This document shows, in pieces, positions 60,270 through 64,000 of a stretch of DNA of 64,000 bases. Origin of the DNA: Macrostomum lignano. Lineage: Eukaryota. The notes under the pieces were generated by a model. That model saw only the letters and a list, made by a program, of their open reading frames with translations, made no database searches and had not been told where the DNA came from. The stretch covers positions 887,950 through 951,949 of the forward strand of contig NIVC01000102.1 in NCBI GenBank assembly GCA_002269645.1. The letters run 5' to 3'. A program made the position numbers and the translations under genes. Each line of letters opens with the position of its first letter. Within the stretch, counting starts at the first letter, position 1.

Positions 60270-62231
60270 TCAAGGTACCTGTAAGTACAGAACTAACTGG
60301 CACAAATTTTGAAATTTCCGCAAAACAGGATCACTTACCAATCGCTGCATCAGCTCTTCAGCCTTCTGTCTCGTCTCCTGATGGCCGCAAACTAATGTCC
60401 GATGCTTGTGAATCAGTCGGACAAGAATTTCGTCATCATTGCAAAGTTCCAGCGTCACAAGCAGCTCCTGAACGTCAAGTCTGGCGCGTCGAAGGTTGTC
60501 TTCGAACCAAAGCTCCAAGTCGACGTCGTAGTCTAACCAGATGCTCAGGTTTTTGAGCAGCGCATCAAAGTTCACATAGTACCAGTCAAACTGACCAGAG
60601 CTCAGCGAGACAAAATCTTTTAACCTGTCTGGCAGGAAGTCGAAAGCCAAAGGCTTGTCAGATTGAATCAGGAGCTTCCAAATGGAGCTGACCCCTTCCA
60701 AGTGCTCCCACACCGCCAGTTCCGCATCTGCATCAGTCACTTGCTCACGCAAGCGGGGCAGAACTCGGCTAACCTGATGATATCGACACGAGTGCAGCAC
60801 CCTTCGCGCTGCGTACAGCTTGCCGAACTTCAAGTAAATCAACGCAATCAGCGAATATTTTGCAGAGCGAGCGTACTCCGGAATTCTCCTCGCCAACTTC
60901 AGCATCTCGTGTTTGTCCTCCAGCAGGCAGCGTCCGAGATTGAGCTTCAATAAAATTGACCGGATCGCATCGTAGACGTCGTGGAACTGCAGCCTGGAAG
61001 ACAGCGGCACGGGCCTCGGGTTCAGGATTGGCAGCACCAGGAACGGGTGAAAATTAAAAATTTTGTCCTGCACTAAAGGCGACAGAACTCTTTCGTATTG
61101 CGAGACAATTTCTGGGAGATGATCGACTACGTTACGTACCGCGAGCGCAATGGCTTCCTTCTCATCGTGATGTTTCTTCAGATAAACCCAAGCGTCTTTG
61201 AGAAAGAAGTGTCTCATGCATTTACGCGGATCTGGTGTGTCTCTCAATGAGTTCAACAGCATGAGCAGTGCCCTTCTCGCTAACTGGATTAGAAGGCTAC
61301 TGTGCCAGTCCACTGCGGGCGTTTCACCCAGCAGCTGGAAGATCAGAGTCTTGGCAATGTAGGTCTTCAGTCCACTCACGCGAGCTGCAATCACCTTCTT
61401 AATGATGAACTTGATGAGCAGGAACACGTGTCCCTGTTCGATTGTGAGGCTTCTGAGCAGCCTTCGCTCCAGAAAGGTGGTGCTGACCCTCAGCTGTTGT
61501 CCGTCCTTGCCAGGTGGAGCCGCCGACACCAGGTGACAGGGAGACTCCAGCATCTCCTGCCTCAGGCTCTGCAGCACTGATGGAGCAATGCAAGTTTTGT
61601 ACCCTGGCTGCAGCACCTCGATTCTTGGATAGCAACAGCAGCGGAAGGTCCAAACCAGATCCACTGCCGGTCTCTCGTCAGATCCGGCCCACCGCTGCGA
61701 CGGATTTGAAGCTGCAGTGAAGGTTTTAGGCATTCGTTATGCAAACTCTCTGGCAACGCTAAACCGAAAATATTGTAAATTTGCTTACGCGATTCGCCCC
61801 ATTTGACGTGACCGTTCTCATACTCCACTTCAGCGTGACGTTCTCCAAAAAATGAACAGTTGATGCAGCTGCAGCTGCCTTTGATATGAAACAGCATGCC
61901 TATCGCTATGAGGCAGACGTCGATGTCGGAGTCTGCGTCAGTTTGACCGTCCAGTCGAACCAGGCTGTTGGACCAGCCGTCACTGTAGCTCCCGACGATG
62001 TACACTTGGTAGTCCTTGTACTCATCTGCGTCCAGTCGCTTTCTAACAATATGCTGCAAAGCATCCGAGCACGCAGATTGCAGCTTGACTCGGTTCAGAA
62101 CAAAACCGCAATCTTTCAGTGCTTTGTGCAGCTTAGTGCTGCTCTCTTGACACGCTGGGAAGCCGTCGTCTTCTGGTTCGACTTCGATTAGATGCTCGTC
62201 GTCGCGCATGCTGTCAGCTTCCTGCTCGCTT
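60270..62231 (-). CDS. cGAS-like receptor (cGLR)/Mab-21-family nucleotidyltransferase, two exons (62231-61789, 61711-60270/60279)
   Basis: hGS...DxD motif IVGSYSDGW...DADSDIDV and third acidic residue AVDLVW. Mab-21 C-lobe motifs CHLV, LRVSTTFLERRLL, LLIKFIIK, GLKTYIAKTLIF, DW and MRHFFL. A 77-nt GTAAGC...CTGCAG intron (61788-61712, phase 1) joins the two listed ORFs in frame. Confidence 0.85.
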
Positions 62232-62306
62232 CTGTGAAACAGGAAATCGGCATTTCAAAAATGATTAACATAAATTTGAGTCAAACAAGATTTACGAGCT
62301 CCCAAC

Positions 62307-63205
62307 CTCTCATCGAATGCAGACGACCTGAGCGACAGTCTATGAGCTCGAGGTTCAATGATAAGACGATCATAAATCAGCTGCTGCAGCCGTCTATTTG
62401 CTCCTTCGTGCCGGATTCCGAGCTCTCTGGCGTGAGTCGCATGCTTGAGCAGCAGCTGCAAGACCTCGCGATGTCCGAAGCGACAGGCGATGGCAGCGGG
62501 GCTGAGCCCGTCTTTGTTGAGGTCGCCGAGCCCGCAGCCGAGCTGCAGCAGAGTCTGGGCAGCGGCCTCGTGCCCCATCGCTGCCGCAGCGTGCAGCGTC
62601 GTCGACCCGTCGCAGGCCAGCGAGTCGGCGGCGACTCCCGCCCGGACGAGCAGCTCAATGGCGGCCCGCTGGCCGTGGAGAGCCGCGGAGTGCAGCGGGG
62701 TCTGGCCACGCGCATTCCTGGCGCTCGGATCCGCGGCTGCCAGCAGCAGAGCAGCGAGCACGAGCTGCTGCCTGAGCTGAGCAGCCAGGTGCACCGGCGA
62801 GTCTCCGTCTGCGAGCTGCTGGTCGCAGTCGGCCTGCCGGCTCAGCAGCTGCACGACTTCGAGGTGGCCGTTTCGCGAGGCGAGGTGCAGCGCCGAGGAG
62901 CTGGACTTCGTCACCAGGCTGGTGTCGGCCTCGGACTCGAGCAGCAGCCGGACCGCATCCCGGTGACCGTGCATCGAGGCCAGGTGCAGAGCGGTCGCCC
63001 CGCTGCTGTCCTGAGCGTCCAGCTGAGCTCCGGCCTCGATGAGAAGCCTCGCCACCCTGGACTGGCCTCGCTCGGCTGCCCAGTGCAGCGCCGTCCGCTG
63101 CCGGTCGTCAGCGACGTCCGGACTGACGCTGCTCCGTAGAAACTGCCGCACCTTGCCGACTCTGCCGTCCATGGCGGCGCTCTTCAGCTCCGGGAGCAGG
63201 TTCAT
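62307..63205 (-). CDS. Ankyrin-repeat region (7-8 repeats), probable first coding exon of the cGLR gene
   Basis: TALHWAA, TALHLAS, SALHLAS, SPVHLAA, TPLHSAA, TTLHAAA and SPAAIAC repeats in ORF 62255..63232. A phase-2 GTTGGG donor at 62306 and TTTCACAG acceptor at 62232 (75-nt intron) link it in frame to the NTase exon. Confidence 0.8.
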
Positions 63206-64000
63206 TTCTCTGGCAATGCCGAGCCTTACCAACCTCGGGCTGACAGTTATTCGTCTTTCACTTTAAGAAAGCTAGAAAAAGTTCTTCAGAACAAAACTTT
63301 GAACATTGTATATTCACGCATTAGGAATGACACAGTGGCAGAACGTTTGAAAGCGCTATGTTCGTTGAGATAAGAAAATTGATAAGACCATTGCAGTGCA
63401 AGGCGTCAGAGCAGCCCGCGGTGCGCGGATGTCACAGATTTATCACAGGTTGACAGCCACGTGGGATCCTCGTGAAAATAAGGTTTAACGATGAATTAAT
63501 TAGTTTAAACGATGCAAGTTAGCCCAGCTAATGAAATTTTAAGCGCTTGCTATTTCCGGTGTCATTGTGCAGCATGCAGGGCCTGTGTATTGCAGCCCAG
63601 GACTATCGCATCATCGAATGCTATGTGCTGTGTGCGAAGGCGCCAATGGGATAGCCGGGGCATCTCAGCAACTTCCAATTTAGCCTTGGAATCTTTGAAA
63701 TACCCTACGTTGAGATGCGAACAGAATCTTTGAATAAAGTATTTTAAGACATTAGTGTTTTATTTTGCACACGTGTACAGAAAATTATTTAGTTTAAACA
63801 AAAAGCACAGAAAAGTTATGCTAATTAAACTTTAAGGGCATGTGTACTTTTAAATTGAAGTTGCAAGCATTATTATTCGGCCTCAAAAATAATTATTTTA
63901 TCAATAAAATTTTGCTTTCTGTAAATAAATTTAAAAATTCCAACAGTACGCTAGTATCCTACTCATAGTAGAGTGCATGAAGAGTAGCGTGGCCTCTGGC

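Noticed and set aside
62192-63139. 315-aa plus-strand ORF
   Set aside because: Antisense shadow of the GC-rich ankyrin exon; no recognisable motifs.

Overview
Eukaryotic (invertebrate animal) genomic DNA with GC-rich exons and introns filled with tandem repeats. The style suggests a flatworm such as Macrostomum, but this is inference only. Bases 1-17 kb form a transposon nest. It holds a decayed full-length Ty3/Gypsy (Mag-like) element on the minus strand with two ~135-bp LTRs, an intact Crypton-type (DUF3504-like) tyrosine recombinase element at its 5' LTR/PBS junction, two further YR relics, palindromic non-autonomous cassettes, a fold-back MITE, and a 932-aa ankyrin-repeat ORF. Spliced host genes follow: a PNT+ETS factor (-), an innexin (+), an unknown coiled-coil gene (-), tubby (-) and calcyphosin-2 (+), the last two head-to-head. 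The best novelty candidate is at the right end: a predicted single gene joining ankyrin repeats, a cGAS-like/Mab-21 nucleotidyltransferase with intact catalytic motifs, and possibly a C-terminal transmembrane exon. The second candidate is a 51-bp segment between 16-bp inverted repeats that lies in opposite orientations in two copies of a YR-associated element. Exon boundaries were read by hand from GT/AG sites and phase; no database searches were run.
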